A stretch of 64,000 nucleotides of DNA from an uncultured Christensenella sp. (lineage in GTDB: Bacteria > Bacillota > Clostridia > Christensenellales > UBA1242): positions 10,587 through 74,586 of the forward strand of contig CATKZB010000004.1 of NCBI GenBank assembly GCA_949841595.1, given 5' to 3'. Shown here piece after piece: positions 8,217 through 18,924 of the stretch (its first letter is position 1; every line of letters begins with the position of its first letter). The notes below the pieces were generated by a model that saw nothing but the letters and a program-made list of their open reading frames with translations, was not told the DNA's origin and did no database searches. The position numbers were made by a program, and so were the translations under genes.

Positions 8217-10580
8217 ATCATTGAGTTTGTTTATTTCTGCAAGCAATCTTTCAAGTTTTGCATTGATTTCAGAAATTCTGTTTTCGGATTCTTCTTTGCC
8301 AATAACGCTTTGTGCTTCTCTTTGCAAATCTTCAATTTCTTTCATGATTGCAGCTCTTCTATTTTGATTTGAATCTACTTTGTTTGTGTTCATCTCATTC
8401 ATAGCTTGTTCTAATTCATGATTAAGAGAATTTCTCATTTTTGAAACTCTTGCTTCTTCTTCGGAAAGTTTTCTGTTTATTTCTTCAATAGATTCTATCT
8501 GTTTTTTAGGGCGTCCCCTGCCACGTTTAACTTCTTCATCCACTGCAGGTTTAACTATTTTTTTTGGTCTGCCAACGCTTCTCTTTGGAGATGTTGTTGG
8601 TTGAACAGTTTTCTTTGGACGACCAACTTTGTTCTTAGGTTCTGCATTTTTTGTTTCTGTAACAACCTTTTTAGGTCTTCCACGTCTTTTTTCTGTGACT
8701 GGTTCAACCTTAACCTCTGTTTTCTTTGGTCTTCCTGGTCTTTTCTTTGCTTCAGAAACAGGTTCAGCTGTTTTATCTTCAATGACAGGTTCAGCTGTCA
8801 AGTCAAAATCGTCATCGAAATCGACAACTGCTGGTTCTTCTTTCACACTTACTGGAGATTCTTCTGTTTGTTTTGCTTCTGTTGTGACATTATTTACAAT
8901 TTCTATCTCGTTGTCTTTATCAACATCATTAATAATGTTTTCTGCCACACCATAAACTTCTTCCTTTTGAGAAGAATCAGTCATGAAATCAAAACTGTCA
9001 AAATCATCAAAATCAACAATTTTCTTTTCTTCTTTTGGCTTAGTTTCGGAAATCAAGGTTCCATCTTGTGAATAAACATTGCCATTTTCATCATGGAAAT
9101 TTCCTAAAGAATCATAATAAGTTCCATTTGGATAAACATAATTTCCATTTTCGTCATATTGTCCTTCTGATTGATCAGAAACTTCTTTTTCTGCACTTCC
9201 ATCATAGACACCTTGAGGAAGATTCTTAAGTTTTATTTCAAGTTCTGAGATATAGTGCTTATCTCTTTCATTTTCAGTTTTTAATTCTTGGAATTTATCA
9301 CTAAATACTTTGGCAACAACCTTTTCTGCACTATGGCAAAATTTGTCAAAGAAAGTTTGATATTCTCCAAGCATAGCTTTTTCAACATCAACTTTATTTT
9401 TCTCAAGTTCTGAATTAAGCTTTGCAATTTCTTCTTCGCCTTCAGCTTTTTCCAAAAGATATTTTGCTCTGAGTTGTTCAAATTCTTGTTCAAATTGTTC
9501 TTGCTTAACAACTTCTTGTGTTTGTTGTTTTCTGTAATAATTACTTTCAATTCTGTTTGTGGTTTCTTCTTGCATTTGACGAAGTCTTTGAATGTTTTCT
9601 TTTGATGCTTGAAGTTTTGTTTGATAATCTTTTTGCACATTATCAAAATTTTTTCTTCTTGACTCAAGTTCTGATTCCAACTGAGAAACTTGAAGCAAAA
9701 TTCTTTCTTTTTTCTTCAAGTAAAGTTCACTTTCTTTCATTGCTCTGTCAAGCACGATAGAACCGTCAACTCCAGTTGAAGAGAAATCATATGTTTCAAT
9801 TTCAACTGCTTCTTCTTTTGCTTTGTTAAACTCTTCTTTTTCTTTTCTTGCTTTATAATCCAAAAATTCACGCAAAACAGGTTGACCTTGTTCAATTTCT
9901 TGTGGTGTGAAAAGAATTTGATAATCAATATAGCTTGGAAGATCAATGCATGCGTTGTCCATAAATCTGCCAAACAATCCAACATTTTGATATAAAGAAT
10001 TTAAAATAGAATTTTTTCTTGCTCTAAGATAGACCACAAAAACAATTCCAATCAAAGCAACAACAATTCCACCAAACAGCCCCATAGAGAATGCTGCACC
10101 TGTCAAAACATTTGCTTCCAACGACTGAGAAATCACAATCAACAAAGTTGAAAGCAAAGCCCACAAGCCAGAAAACAATGTAAGGTTTTTGATGTTTGAA
10201 TTATAAGAACTTGTTTTAAGAGGTTTTTCAATCAAATTTTCTGTTGATAAATAAGACGAAGGGCTACCTTCTCTAAAGAGTATGTATTGTTGCCAATAAT
10301 AACACAATCTCTTTGGAGCTTTAGTTTTGAAAAGCATGTTTAAATCCTTGATGTTTTCTTCTGTAACAACTTTTCTTTCAAACAACCAAAAGTTGATTTT
10401 GTCAAGAGCACGATTTAATGTTGCTTCATAAGAAAATGCTGATTTAACCAAGAAAAAAACTACAATCAAAACTTCAATTGCAAGTGAAAGGATAAAAAGC
10501 ACATCCAGTCCTATCATATTTGATACTGAAGAGAAAAATTTTACAATACTTCCCACAATGTCAGAAATTGTTGAAATCAT
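8214..10580 (-). CDS. membrane-anchored coiled-coil protein with C-terminal AT-hook (GRPKK) repeats
   Basis: 788 aa. N-terminal hydrophobic helices, a long E/K/Q-rich heptad-like region, an acidic D/E/F stretch, and five R/G-GRPKK motifs encoded at 8502..8744. Confidence 0.7.
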   Translation of the reverse strand: MISTISDIVGSIVKFFSSVSNMIGLDVLFILSLAIEVLIVVFFLVKSAFSYEATLNRALDKINFWLFERKVVTEENIKDLNMLFKTKAPKRLCYYWQQYILFREGSPSSYLSTENLIEKPLKTSSYNSNIKNLTLFSGLWALLSTLLIVISQSLEANVLTGAAFSMGLFGGIVVALIGIVFVVYLRARKNSILNSLYQNVGLFGRFMDNACIDLPSYIDYQILFTPQEIEQGQPVLREFLDYKARKEKEEFNKAKEEAVEIETYDFSSTGVDGSIVLDRAMKESELYLKKKERILLQVSQLESELESRRKNFDNVQKDYQTKLQASKENIQRLRQMQEETTNRIESNYYRKQQTQEVVKQEQFEQEFEQLRAKYLLEKAEGEEEIAKLNSELEKNKVDVEKAMLGEYQTFFDKFCHSAEKVVAKVFSDKFQELKTENERDKHYISELEIKLKNLPQGVYDGSAEKEVSDQSEGQYDENGNYVYPNGTYYDSLGNFHDENGNVYSQDGTLISETKPKEEKKIVDFDDFDSFDFMTDSSQKEEVYGVAENIINDVDKDNEIEIVNNVTTEAKQTEESPVSVKEEPAVVDFDDDFDLTAEPVIEDKTAEPVSEAKKRPGRPKKTEVKVEPVTEKRRGRPKKVVTETKNAEPKNKVGRPKKTVQPTTSPKRSVGRPKKIVKPAVDEEVKRGRGRPKKQIESIEEINRKLSEEEARVSKMRNSLNHELEQAMNEMNTNKVDSNQNRRAAIMKEIEDLQREAQSVIGKEESENRISEINAKLERLLAEINKLND

Positions 10581-10751
10581 AAGACCCCCCTTATATATGG
10601 ATTAGTATATCACAACTAAAAAAATAATTACTAATATTTTTGAATAATTTTTAAATATTTTTTTTACAAATATTTTTCAATTAAAATAAAAGGAAGAAAA
10701 ATAAATTGAAAATATTTTTTCTTCCCTAAAATAAAGGCATATAGCGTTTTG

Positions 10752-13700
10752 CTAAAAATCAACTTTTATTAATTTATTATTTTTTAAAGATAACAAATGC
10801 GCCTCTTTGACAGGCAATTTATAGCCATTTTCCAAAGCAATTTTATATAATTTAAGTTGATTTTTATATTTATTTATTAAATAATTATCATTCGTACTGT
10901 TTGAATACTTGTAATCAATCAAAATTATTTTGTTTTCTTTTATAATAAACAAATCAATAATCCCTTGAACAAGTATTCTATCTTCCACAGAAACATTCTC
11001 AACAAGATCGCAAATACGCTCTTTCAAAATAAAATCTTTTTCTTTAAAAACCTTTCCATTAATGCAAAAATTTTTTAATGTGAGAATATTTTTTAAAAGT
11101 AAATTTAAATCCAAATTTTCTGAAATTTCAGAAAAAATTGCTTTATTTTTTAAAATTTCTTCATTTAAATCATCAAAATTTGATATTTTTTCAAAATCTA
11201 GAGTTTTTAAAGCCAAATGATATGCATTCCCAATCTCAGTATTTGATCCACCAAAGTTGAAATTTTCATTGCTAAATTTTTCTAAATTATCTTCTTGATT
11301 CTTATGACTCAAACTCGTCACACTCTCTTTGAGTTTAAAATTAAGTTTGTCATCAATCGCATATTTAAAATTAAGATAATTTTCAATTTGCTTCACATCC
11401 TCAAGTGTAAACTCACTTTTCTCCAAATTCTGTTTTTCTCCAAAAGACTCTTCTTCAATTTCTTCAATATGGCGAATGCTTAAACTTTCGCTTTCATATG
11501 AATCTTGATCTAATAATATTTGTTTTGCTTCTTTTAAAGCAAAAAAGATGAAATCAAAATAACAATCACAATCTCTGACAGAGTACTTTTCAAAAATAGA
11601 ATCTGAAAAATTTCCAAACAAATAAAGTCTGTTTTTTGCACGCGTCAAGGCAACATAAAAGATCATCAACTCTTCAACAAAATCTTTTTCAGCTTCTTTA
11701 TCTTTAATCGCTCGCATCCTAACAGAAATGATCTCATTGTTTTTTTCTTGATCATAAAACTTGACTGCAAATCCAAAATCTTCATTTATCTCAACATCAA
11801 TCTTTGGTCTAGATTTTTTCAAACTTTGGTCGCATCCAATAAGGAACACAATTGGATACTCCAGCCCCTTGCTGTTGTGAATAGTGGTCAACAACACTGA
11901 ATCTAAAACTGCAGAAGGTTGAGATGCCACAGCAATATCCACAGATTCAAAATAATTTATAAGTCCTGGCAAATCAAAATCAAAGCCACTTTTCTCAATT
12001 TCAGTGAAGAATTTGTCAACGAAGGTGTTTATTTTGTATCCATCAGCTTTCATATTTATATAAGCAAAATAAGAAGCCTCATCAAGAAGGGTTCTAAGTG
12101 CTTTTGAGATACCAAAAATCAATGCATTTTTTTTGAATTGTGACAATGAATTCGCAAAATAAGAAAATTTTCCACTTTGGTTTTTAATTACAAGTTCACA
12201 TAAACTTTTTGCACTCTCAATTTTTTCTTCAATAATTTCTTCAAGTTTAAATTTGAAGAGTCCTGACATCAAAACACTCATCAATGCAATTTCATCATCT
12301 ATATTCATTGAAACTTTCAAGAAGTTTAACAATATTTTCACTTCAACTTCATCCATCAAATTGTTTCTTGAATTTGAAATCACTGGAATTCCACTTTCTT
12401 GCAAAAACACTTCCAGCTGATTGAATAGAGAATTTCTTTTTCTAGAAAGAATTGCAATGTCGCTGTATCTGCATCTTCTGAAAGTGCCATTATCATAAAT
12501 CTCTGACGACATAACTTCATTTATTCGATTCTTGATTGCCAAAAGTTGTTTTAAATTGTCTTGATCTTCAACAACATTATCTTCTTTCACACTATAAACA
12601 GTGGGAAGAATATAATCTCTTCTCTCACTTTCTGAGATCAAATCAATGTTCACTGGTTTGCAAGCTTCAGCCTTAAACTCAGTCAACCCCTTGAGCATCG
12701 ATCCATTTTCATAATCTACACCACAAAGTTCTTTTGTCATGCAAACTTTAAATATGTCATTCACAAAATCCAAGATTTTTTGACTGGTTCTGAAATTTGA
12801 TTGAAGATAATTTACGTCGGAATCATCATTCATTTCAAACTCTTCCAAATCCTTCAAAAATATTTCACAACTTGCCAATCTAAAACCATAAATTCCTTGT
12901 TTAACATCACCTACAGCAACAAAATTACAATTTTTGGCAACATTTTTGATTATTCTTTCTTGAACTTTATTAGTATCTTGATATTCATCCACAAAAACAT
13001 ATTTCAAATCTGAAAACAGGTTTTCTTTTTCAGAAAGTATTTTCATGTATTTTTCCAAATCGTTGAAATCAAGCAAATTTTGAGTATGTTTTAAAGAATT
13101 CTCTTGTGATTCATAAACAAAATAAAGTTTAAGTAGCAGTTTTTCCAAAGTTCCATACTTTTGAAAATCAACATTGTTTTCATCATGCAAATTTAAATCC
13201 TTGATTTTCGCAAAGGTTTTTGTCAAACAACCTTTAACAGAATTTAAGTGATCAACAATTTCGTCTCCAAAATCTTTTCTTTTTGGCAAATATGGAAAAG
13301 AAAAATCTTCGATAAGTTTGGAAACTTCAAACAAATCTTTGCTATCTAATATAGGTGAAAGCGAAGTTTTTAAAACGGAATAAAACTCATCCACATGCAT
13401 CGCTTCAACTTGAGCTAAATTATCTTTAATTTCAAATTTCACTCTTTCAAAAAGATAGTTGATTGCATTATTAAAATTAGTTTCACTGTTTTGCATGTTA
13501 TTTTCAAAAAATGCTTCTTTATCTGACACTGCATTCACAAGATTTTCAATTTCAAACATTATTTCTCTAAGCTTAGACTTATCATTTTTATAACATTCCA
13601 TAAGTTTGAAATAATCTTCTTGAAAATCCTGATTAAATTTTTTTAACGCTTTATCAAAAGCCGAACTTTTGAGTTTTTGAGACATATTGTCATCAGCAAC

Positions 13701-14048
13701 TGCAAAATTTTCATTTAATCCAAGCAAATTAGCATATTTCTTTATACATTTTTCACAGAAAGAATGTATCGTTGAAATGTTGGCAACTGCAATGTCATCT
13801 ATTTGTTCAACAACAAATGGATCATCACCTTGCTCTTTTAAACGCTTTTGCAATCTCTCTTGCATTTCTGTTGCAGCAGCTTTTGTAAATGTCAGAACCA
13901 ACAAATTTTTAACGGGAATTTTATCTTCACAAATGAGTTTTGAAATATATTTTATCATGACATAGGTCTTGCCACTGCCTGCAGAGGCACTGACCAACAT
14001 GTTTTTTTTGTTGTTTTCCAAAACTTTGTTCTGTTCCTTAATTTCCAT
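10752..14048 (-). CDS. addA: ATP-dependent helicase/nuclease subunit A (AddA)
   Basis: UvrD-type Walker A (ASAGSGKTY), DEYQDT helicase motif, C-terminal RecB-type nuclease motif GIIDLFII...IDYKYS. Located directly downstream of addB. Confidence 0.85.
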   Translation of the reverse strand: MEIKEQNKVLENNKKNMLVSASAGSGKTYVMIKYISKLICEDKIPVKNLLVLTFTKAAATEMQERLQKRLKEQGDDPFVVEQIDDIAVANISTIHSFCEKCIKKYANLLGLNENFAVADDNMSQKLKSSAFDKALKKFNQDFQEDYFKLMECYKNDKSKLREIMFEIENLVNAVSDKEAFFENNMQNSETNFNNAINYLFERVKFEIKDNLAQVEAMHVDEFYSVLKTSLSPILDSKDLFEVSKLIEDFSFPYLPKRKDFGDEIVDHLNSVKGCLTKTFAKIKDLNLHDENNVDFQKYGTLEKLLLKLYFVYESQENSLKHTQNLLDFNDLEKYMKILSEKENLFSDLKYVFVDEYQDTNKVQERIIKNVAKNCNFVAVGDVKQGIYGFRLASCEIFLKDLEEFEMNDDSDVNYLQSNFRTSQKILDFVNDIFKVCMTKELCGVDYENGSMLKGLTEFKAEACKPVNIDLISESERRDYILPTVYSVKEDNVVEDQDNLKQLLAIKNRINEVMSSEIYDNGTFRRCRYSDIAILSRKRNSLFNQLEVFLQESGIPVISNSRNNLMDEVEVKILLNFLKVSMNIDDEIALMSVLMSGLFKFKLEEIIEEKIESAKSLCELVIKNQSGKFSYFANSLSQFKKNALIFGISKALRTLLDEASYFAYINMKADGYKINTFVDKFFTEIEKSGFDFDLPGLINYFESVDIAVASQPSAVLDSVLLTTIHNSKGLEYPIVFLIGCDQSLKKSRPKIDVEINEDFGFAVKFYDQEKNNEIISVRMRAIKDKEAEKDFVEELMIFYVALTRAKNRLYLFGNFSDSIFEKYSVRDCDCYFDFIFFALKEAKQILLDQDSYESESLSIRHIEEIEEESFGEKQNLEKSEFTLEDVKQIENYLNFKYAIDDKLNFKLKESVTSLSHKNQEDNLEKFSNENFNFGGSNTEIGNAYHLALKTLDFEKISNFDDLNEEILKNKAIFSEISENLDLNLLLKNILTLKNFCINGKVFKEKDFILKERICDLVENVSVEDRILVQGIIDLFIIKENKIILIDYKYSNSTNDNYLINKYKNQLKLYKIALENGYKLPVKEAHLLSLKNNKLIKVDF

Positions 14049-17000
14049 TACTGTTCCTTTTTAAATCTTCATCTTTAATGGAGTTCATTTGTCTGAAACC
14101 ATCTTGATCTCTGTGTTTACACACAGTTTGATAAGGACAAAATTGACATTCACCTTTGAGTGGTTTATCTTCAACATATCCTGTTCCGATTTCTTTTATG
14201 GCATTCTTTGAAACTTTTGAAGCATAATCAAACATAAAATCAAAATCTTCAGTTGTGTTTCCATATCTAAAAGCAAATTCATCATCTTTAACATTTTTCT
14301 TTTGCGTCATTCCAACAAGTTTGCTGCGCACTCCATATTGTTCAAGTTCTCTGTCTGTCATCAAAACAACAGAATTGTCCTTTAAAGTGATTCCATTCAA
14401 CAAATTTGCATTCGAATTTGTTTTTGTATATTTTGTTTGACAATCAAAATAATAGACACCAGCACACTTTTTCTTTAACTTAGTTTGCATGCTGTTTCCA
14501 TATAAAAACAGTTGAAGTTTCTTTCCATAAAACAAGTCTTTCTTAATATTTTCAGTTCTTCCCGTTTTGTAATCAAAAATTCGAAAATAATTTCCAGCAC
14601 AATCAGTCCTGTCAACATAGCCAATCAATTTTAATTTATCAACAAAATCAGTATAAATCTTCTCTTCCAACAAGAAAGGTCTGAAAGCACTTTTTTGTTG
14701 TTCATAAGCAACATTTTTTAAAATAATCTTTGCCTCATTTTTCAAATAATTGATAAAATATTTTTTCTCTAAAACTTTTTTGTCGTAAATATCTTTTGCT
14801 ATGACCTCAACATTTTCTTGCAAAAATTGATTTATGACTTTATCGTCAACAAACTGCAGATTTTCTCCGTGTTCAGCAACGAATTTTTGCAGTAACGCAT
14901 GCTGAAAAATTCCAAACAATCTTTTATTTGGCTCAATGTTTTCTCTCTGTTTGATGTTAAGTCCGTACGTCATCAAGTGTCTGAAAGGGCACGAAAAATA
15001 AGATTCCAGTTGCGACGCAGAAACAACACCTTTTTGAAACAAAATTTTGTCTGCAACATCGCTTGAAATTTGTTTATACTTTTCTTGTTCTGGCACAGAT
15101 GTTTTCAAAACAGAATATAATGCACTTGCAAAATTTTTAGGCAACTTTCCGTCTGCTTTAAGTTGTGAATAAGCACTGAGCAGGTTATTTTTGCAACCAA
15201 TATAAAACAAAAGCTTATTCAACTTCTCTTGTTTGGATAAAATCGGTAAGTCAATATCTTCCAATGACGATGTCAAAATAATGTTGTTTCCAAACATTGT
15301 TCTCAAATCATTCACAAAACCAGAAACTTGAGTTTGCTTGTCGTCAACAACAAGTGGAGAACACACAATAAGTTTTTTGTTTGCATGTTGCAGACATTCA
15401 AAAAGTTTAAGTCTGCTTCTGCGATTTAAAACTTTAATTTCTGGTTCTAAAGCAAAGTTAAGTTTAAGTTTTTTTATGTCTTCATCATCAATTATTCCAA
15501 TATCACTTTGTGAATGTGGCAAAGCATTCGCCGTTGCACCCAACACAAATAATGTTTCAATATCTTCAAAATAGCTCGTTGAAGCCTCACCAACAAAAAC
15601 AGCATCTATGTAAGAAGGAATGGTCTCAACTTTGACACTTTTAAATGACAACTCTAAGATGTTTTCAAAATCGATCAGTTCAAAAATCTCATTTTGCCCT
15701 AACTCTGTAAGTTTGTCTAAGACCTTCTCAATCAACTCTTTTGCTTGAGCATTTTCACTCTGTTTTTTGAAGAATAAATCGTCTTCCAACATTTGCAAAA
15801 CTTGTTGATAGTTTGTTTCTGTCATTTTTAATATTTCTTTCAAAACAAAAGCATATTCTTTGATTTTCTTGCAAGATTTAAGTTTCTTAATCAATCCAAT
15901 AAGGGGTTCATACTCAGGAAATCTCTCCAAAAATTCTTTTTCGTCTTCAACATTAAAAACAAAAATGTCGTTTAAAACTACAGCTTTATTTTCCTTTTCA
16001 AGAAGCTTGTTGTCAACAAGATATTCCAACTTTTCTTTATCAAAACCAAGTTTTGCAATTTCAATAATTTTTTTCAAAAAGTTTCCAATTACAGTTTGCG
16101 ACAAATCCACAGCATCATCACAATAGAGTGAGATATCATATTTCTGAAAAACATTTCTGATTTTGTCATAATAATTTTTGTCAGAAACCACCAAGGAAAA
16201 ATCTTTAAATTTAGCATTGTTGTTTGTGATTTGATGTTTGATGTATTTAGCAACAAATTCAATCTCATCTTGTTTGTTCTTTGCAAGAACATTCACAAAA
16301 TAGTCACTCTCTCCTTTTTCCACATCAAAAGCAAACAAATTTTTCACTATCTTAAGTTTTTCATCAGAGATTTTTGTAGGATTATCTTCAACTTCAACAT
16401 TGACTGAATAAAGTTTTGCCAAACTCATGGTTTTGCTTTTTATATCGTTTTCATAAATAAATGCATTATTTGGAGAAATTGCTTTTGCCATTCCAATATA
16501 AACACAATTAACAAGAGAAGCAAGCTTACAGATAAAATATCCGATTTCCAACGAAAAACTATCAAAATTCACAAAAAAGAGATTATATTTTGTCAAATTT
16601 GCATAATTTTCTGCATTTTCAACAAAAAAATCCAACATTTTTGACAAATCCATTTTTTCACCAAGCAACTCTTGATATTTGGAATAAGTCAATTTCAAAT
16701 CATGCATTTTGCTGTCAAGCATATCTTCGCCAACATTTTTGATTTGCTCGGGTTTTATTTTGCATGATTTAAATTGTTTGATTATTTGAAGAATTTTAAT
16801 ACAATAACCAACATCACACTTGTGGAAATATTTGAAATCTTTTTCAACTTCTTTAACTGCTTGATAAATACAAAAAACTTCTTCCAGCCCACTTATTCTT
16901 TGATAAGCCACATTATTATCTCTTAAGATTTGCCCTGCCAGTTTTGAAATTCCCACAACCTTTATGTTGAAAAAAGTTTTGGTTTTAAGCACATCAAAAA

Positions 17001-17139
17001 TCAAACTTTCTGCTTGCATAGAAAAAGTGTCAGGAACAACAACCATGTTTTCCTTTTCATAATCCAAAACATCAATATGTTTCAAAGTGTTTATGCACGC
17101 TTCGTATGCAGTTGCCCCTGTGACAAGTTTGATTTTCAT
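14038..17139 (-). CDS. addB: ATP-dependent helicase/deoxyribonuclease subunit B (AddB)
   Basis: 1033 aa. Nuclease motif GYVDRTD...IFDYKTG, C-terminal Cys cluster CQFCPYQTVC (Fe-S). Overlaps the addA start by 11 nt. Confidence 0.8.
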   Translation of the reverse strand: MKIKLVTGATAYEACINTLKHIDVLDYEKENMVVVPDTFSMQAESLIFDVLKTKTFFNIKVVGISKLAGQILRDNNVAYQRISGLEEVFCIYQAVKEVEKDFKYFHKCDVGYCIKILQIIKQFKSCKIKPEQIKNVGEDMLDSKMHDLKLTYSKYQELLGEKMDLSKMLDFFVENAENYANLTKYNLFFVNFDSFSLEIGYFICKLASLVNCVYIGMAKAISPNNAFIYENDIKSKTMSLAKLYSVNVEVEDNPTKISDEKLKIVKNLFAFDVEKGESDYFVNVLAKNKQDEIEFVAKYIKHQITNNNAKFKDFSLVVSDKNYYDKIRNVFQKYDISLYCDDAVDLSQTVIGNFLKKIIEIAKLGFDKEKLEYLVDNKLLEKENKAVVLNDIFVFNVEDEKEFLERFPEYEPLIGLIKKLKSCKKIKEYAFVLKEILKMTETNYQQVLQMLEDDLFFKKQSENAQAKELIEKVLDKLTELGQNEIFELIDFENILELSFKSVKVETIPSYIDAVFVGEASTSYFEDIETLFVLGATANALPHSQSDIGIIDDEDIKKLKLNFALEPEIKVLNRRSRLKLFECLQHANKKLIVCSPLVVDDKQTQVSGFVNDLRTMFGNNIILTSSLEDIDLPILSKQEKLNKLLFYIGCKNNLLSAYSQLKADGKLPKNFASALYSVLKTSVPEQEKYKQISSDVADKILFQKGVVSASQLESYFSCPFRHLMTYGLNIKQRENIEPNKRLFGIFQHALLQKFVAEHGENLQFVDDKVINQFLQENVEVIAKDIYDKKVLEKKYFINYLKNEAKIILKNVAYEQQKSAFRPFLLEEKIYTDFVDKLKLIGYVDRTDCAGNYFRIFDYKTGRTENIKKDLFYGKKLQLFLYGNSMQTKLKKKCAGVYYFDCQTKYTKTNSNANLLNGITLKDNSVVLMTDRELEQYGVRSKLVGMTQKKNVKDDEFAFRYGNTTEDFDFMFDYASKVSKNAIKEIGTGYVEDKPLKGECQFCPYQTVCKHRDQDGFRQMNSIKDEDLKRNSNGN

Positions 17140-17181
17140 AAAGAAATTTTACCACATTCTATGCAAGAAATCAAACCGTTT

Positions 17182-17925
17182 TCAATTTTCAATTGCGTTT
17201 TGCATTTTCTTTTTGCTCATATGAGCTTTCAACATTTGATTTTTATTTTGCCCAAACTCATTAAGTTTCGAAACCAATTTTTGATTTTCTTTTTTCAAAA
17301 CTTCAAACTCAGCTCTAAGTTCGGCAATTTGTTTATCTTTTTTACCCAAATCTACAAAAGCTCTTTTAAGCAAATATGCAGAAGATTCTTTTTCTGTCTT
17401 AGTCTTTTCCATAAAATCTTCAACAGCTGTCTTTTTAATAAGTTTCACAAGTCCCATAAACAAACTGTTGATGTCACTTTCTGTCAATACTTTTTGACGA
17501 TTTCTAAACATGATGATGTTGTCATTGTTTTCTTGTTTTCTTTTAAGATTTTGATATTTGTTTTGAATTCGTGTCATAAGTGCCAAATCACCATTGCTCA
17601 ATTTATAACAAGCCGAACGAACAGAAAGTCCTTGTTTTGTGCACTCATCAATCTTTTTCAACAAAGTTTCCTCTTCAGTTTCATCAAAATTTAAAAAGTG
17701 ATTTTTATCGTGCAACTTCAAATCTATCCCCAGCTTTTGACATCTTTTTTGGTCTTTTTTCAAGTTGTCAACTTCATGGTAATAATAGTTTCTCACACTG
17801 TTTGGCTTTCTTTTATATTTTTCTGCATGGCAAGAAAAAGCAAATTTCAACGATTGTTTCGTCTCCTTACAAACTTCAACTTCTTTAAACAAACTTAAAA
17901 CTTCTTCATCATTCCAAATTTTCAT
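17182..17925 (-). CDS. hypothetical protein; N-terminal Myb/SANT-like region and coiled coil
   Basis: Start set at MKIWNDEEV after a GAAGGAGAAG RBS. The W..EE...L pattern resembles RsfA/Myb-type HTH proteins. Weak assignment. Confidence 0.45.
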   Translation of the reverse strand: MKIWNDEEVLSLFKEVEVCKETKQSLKFAFSCHAEKYKRKPNSVRNYYYHEVDNLKKDQKRCQKLGIDLKLHDKNHFLNFDETEEETLLKKIDECTKQGLSVRSACYKLSNGDLALMTRIQNKYQNLKRKQENNDNIIMFRNRQKVLTESDINSLFMGLVKLIKKTAVEDFMEKTKTEKESSAYLLKRAFVDLGKKDKQIAELRAEFEVLKKENQKLVSKLNEFGQNKNQMLKAHMSKKKMQNAIEN

Positions 17926-18051
17926 ATTATCTTCTCCTTCAGAAATGATTGACATAAAAACAAGATTTAGTCTTTCGTGCTAAAAATATTTTTGATTTTT
18001 TTGTCAGAAACTTAAAGTATAAATAAAAAAATAAAAACATATAGATTTTAT

Positions 18052-18924
18052 ATGAAATATATTTTGAAAACCACCTATCCTTGTCTTGTTAAAAACGAAG
18101 ACTCTTTCACTGAAATGGAAATAAACGACACTTTGGAAATCGAAGATGAAACCATCATCTTTATCTATCCTGAAAATTCTAAACAAATTCCATTTTATAT
18201 AAATCTTGCCACAAAAAAAGAATCCGAGTTCTATTCTTTTATCAAACGTGAAAACATAAATTTTATTTTGCTGGAAGCTCCAAAATCTATGGAAATATGC
18301 AATAAAGAAAACTTAGATTTTTCAGGAAAAAGTTGTCATATTGAAATCTGTGCCAACACCATTTCCTTTGAAACAGACGACAAAAGATTAAATTATAAGT
18401 GCCCACACAAATGCTCAAATTATAAAATATTCAAACAAAAAAACTATGCTTGTGTGCAGTTTGAACATGATTTCTATGCTTTTTCCATCGAAAAAAATAA
18501 ACTGTTCCACTTTCAAGGCGATTCCATTGATTTCGAAAACGATTCACTGAAAACTTCAAAATCCATTTCTGACAGTCAATCACGAAAACGCGATGCAACT
18601 TTTAAGTTTGATAAGGACATAGAAATCATCTCAGAATCTTTTGAAAGGATTGAAAACAAAAAGGAAGAAAGTGAGCTTGTGCCTTACAAATTTTTGGAAG
18701 CAGTGAAAAGCAAAGATTATGAATTTGTTTTGGACACATTATCGCCAAAACTTAAACAGAACATAAACAAAGAGCAAATACAGAAATTTTTTGGAAATAT
18801 ACAAGAATTTTTGCCTCTCAATTTAAATGAATTTCTTATTGTTTCAAATGACAAAAAAAGCTATGCTTCGTTCAGCATAGCAAATGGAAAAATTAACGAC
18901 ATCTCTTTGGATAATTTAGGATAA
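18052..18924 (+). CDS. hypothetical protein
   Basis: 290 aa ORF with no recognisable motifs. Confidence 0.45.
   Translation: MKYILKTTYPCLVKNEDSFTEMEINDTLEIEDETIIFIYPENSKQIPFYINLATKKESEFYSFIKRENINFILLEAPKSMEICNKENLDFSGKSCHIEICANTISFETDDKRLNYKCPHKCSNYKIFKQKNYACVQFEHDFYAFSIEKNKLFHFQGDSIDFENDSLKTSKSISDSQSRKRDATFKFDKDIEIISESFERIENKKEESELVPYKFLEAVKSKDYEFVLDTLSPKLKQNINKEQIQKFFGNIQEFLPLNLNEFLIVSNDKKSYASFSIANGKINDISLDNLG

Noticed and set aside
8555-9985. Multiple overlapping ORFs on both strands (8555..8782, 8601..9071, 8629..8955, 9281..9667, 9518..9760, 9737..9985)
   Set aside because: They are alternative frames or antisense reads of the low-complexity K/E-rich region of the 788-aa gene at 8214..10580. 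The long frame has the coherent domain layout.
17014-17694. 226-aa plus-strand ORF
   Set aside because: It runs antisense across the addB start and the 17182..17925 gene. It is Phe/Leu-rich as expected for the antisense of an AT-rich K/E-rich gene, and has no RBS.
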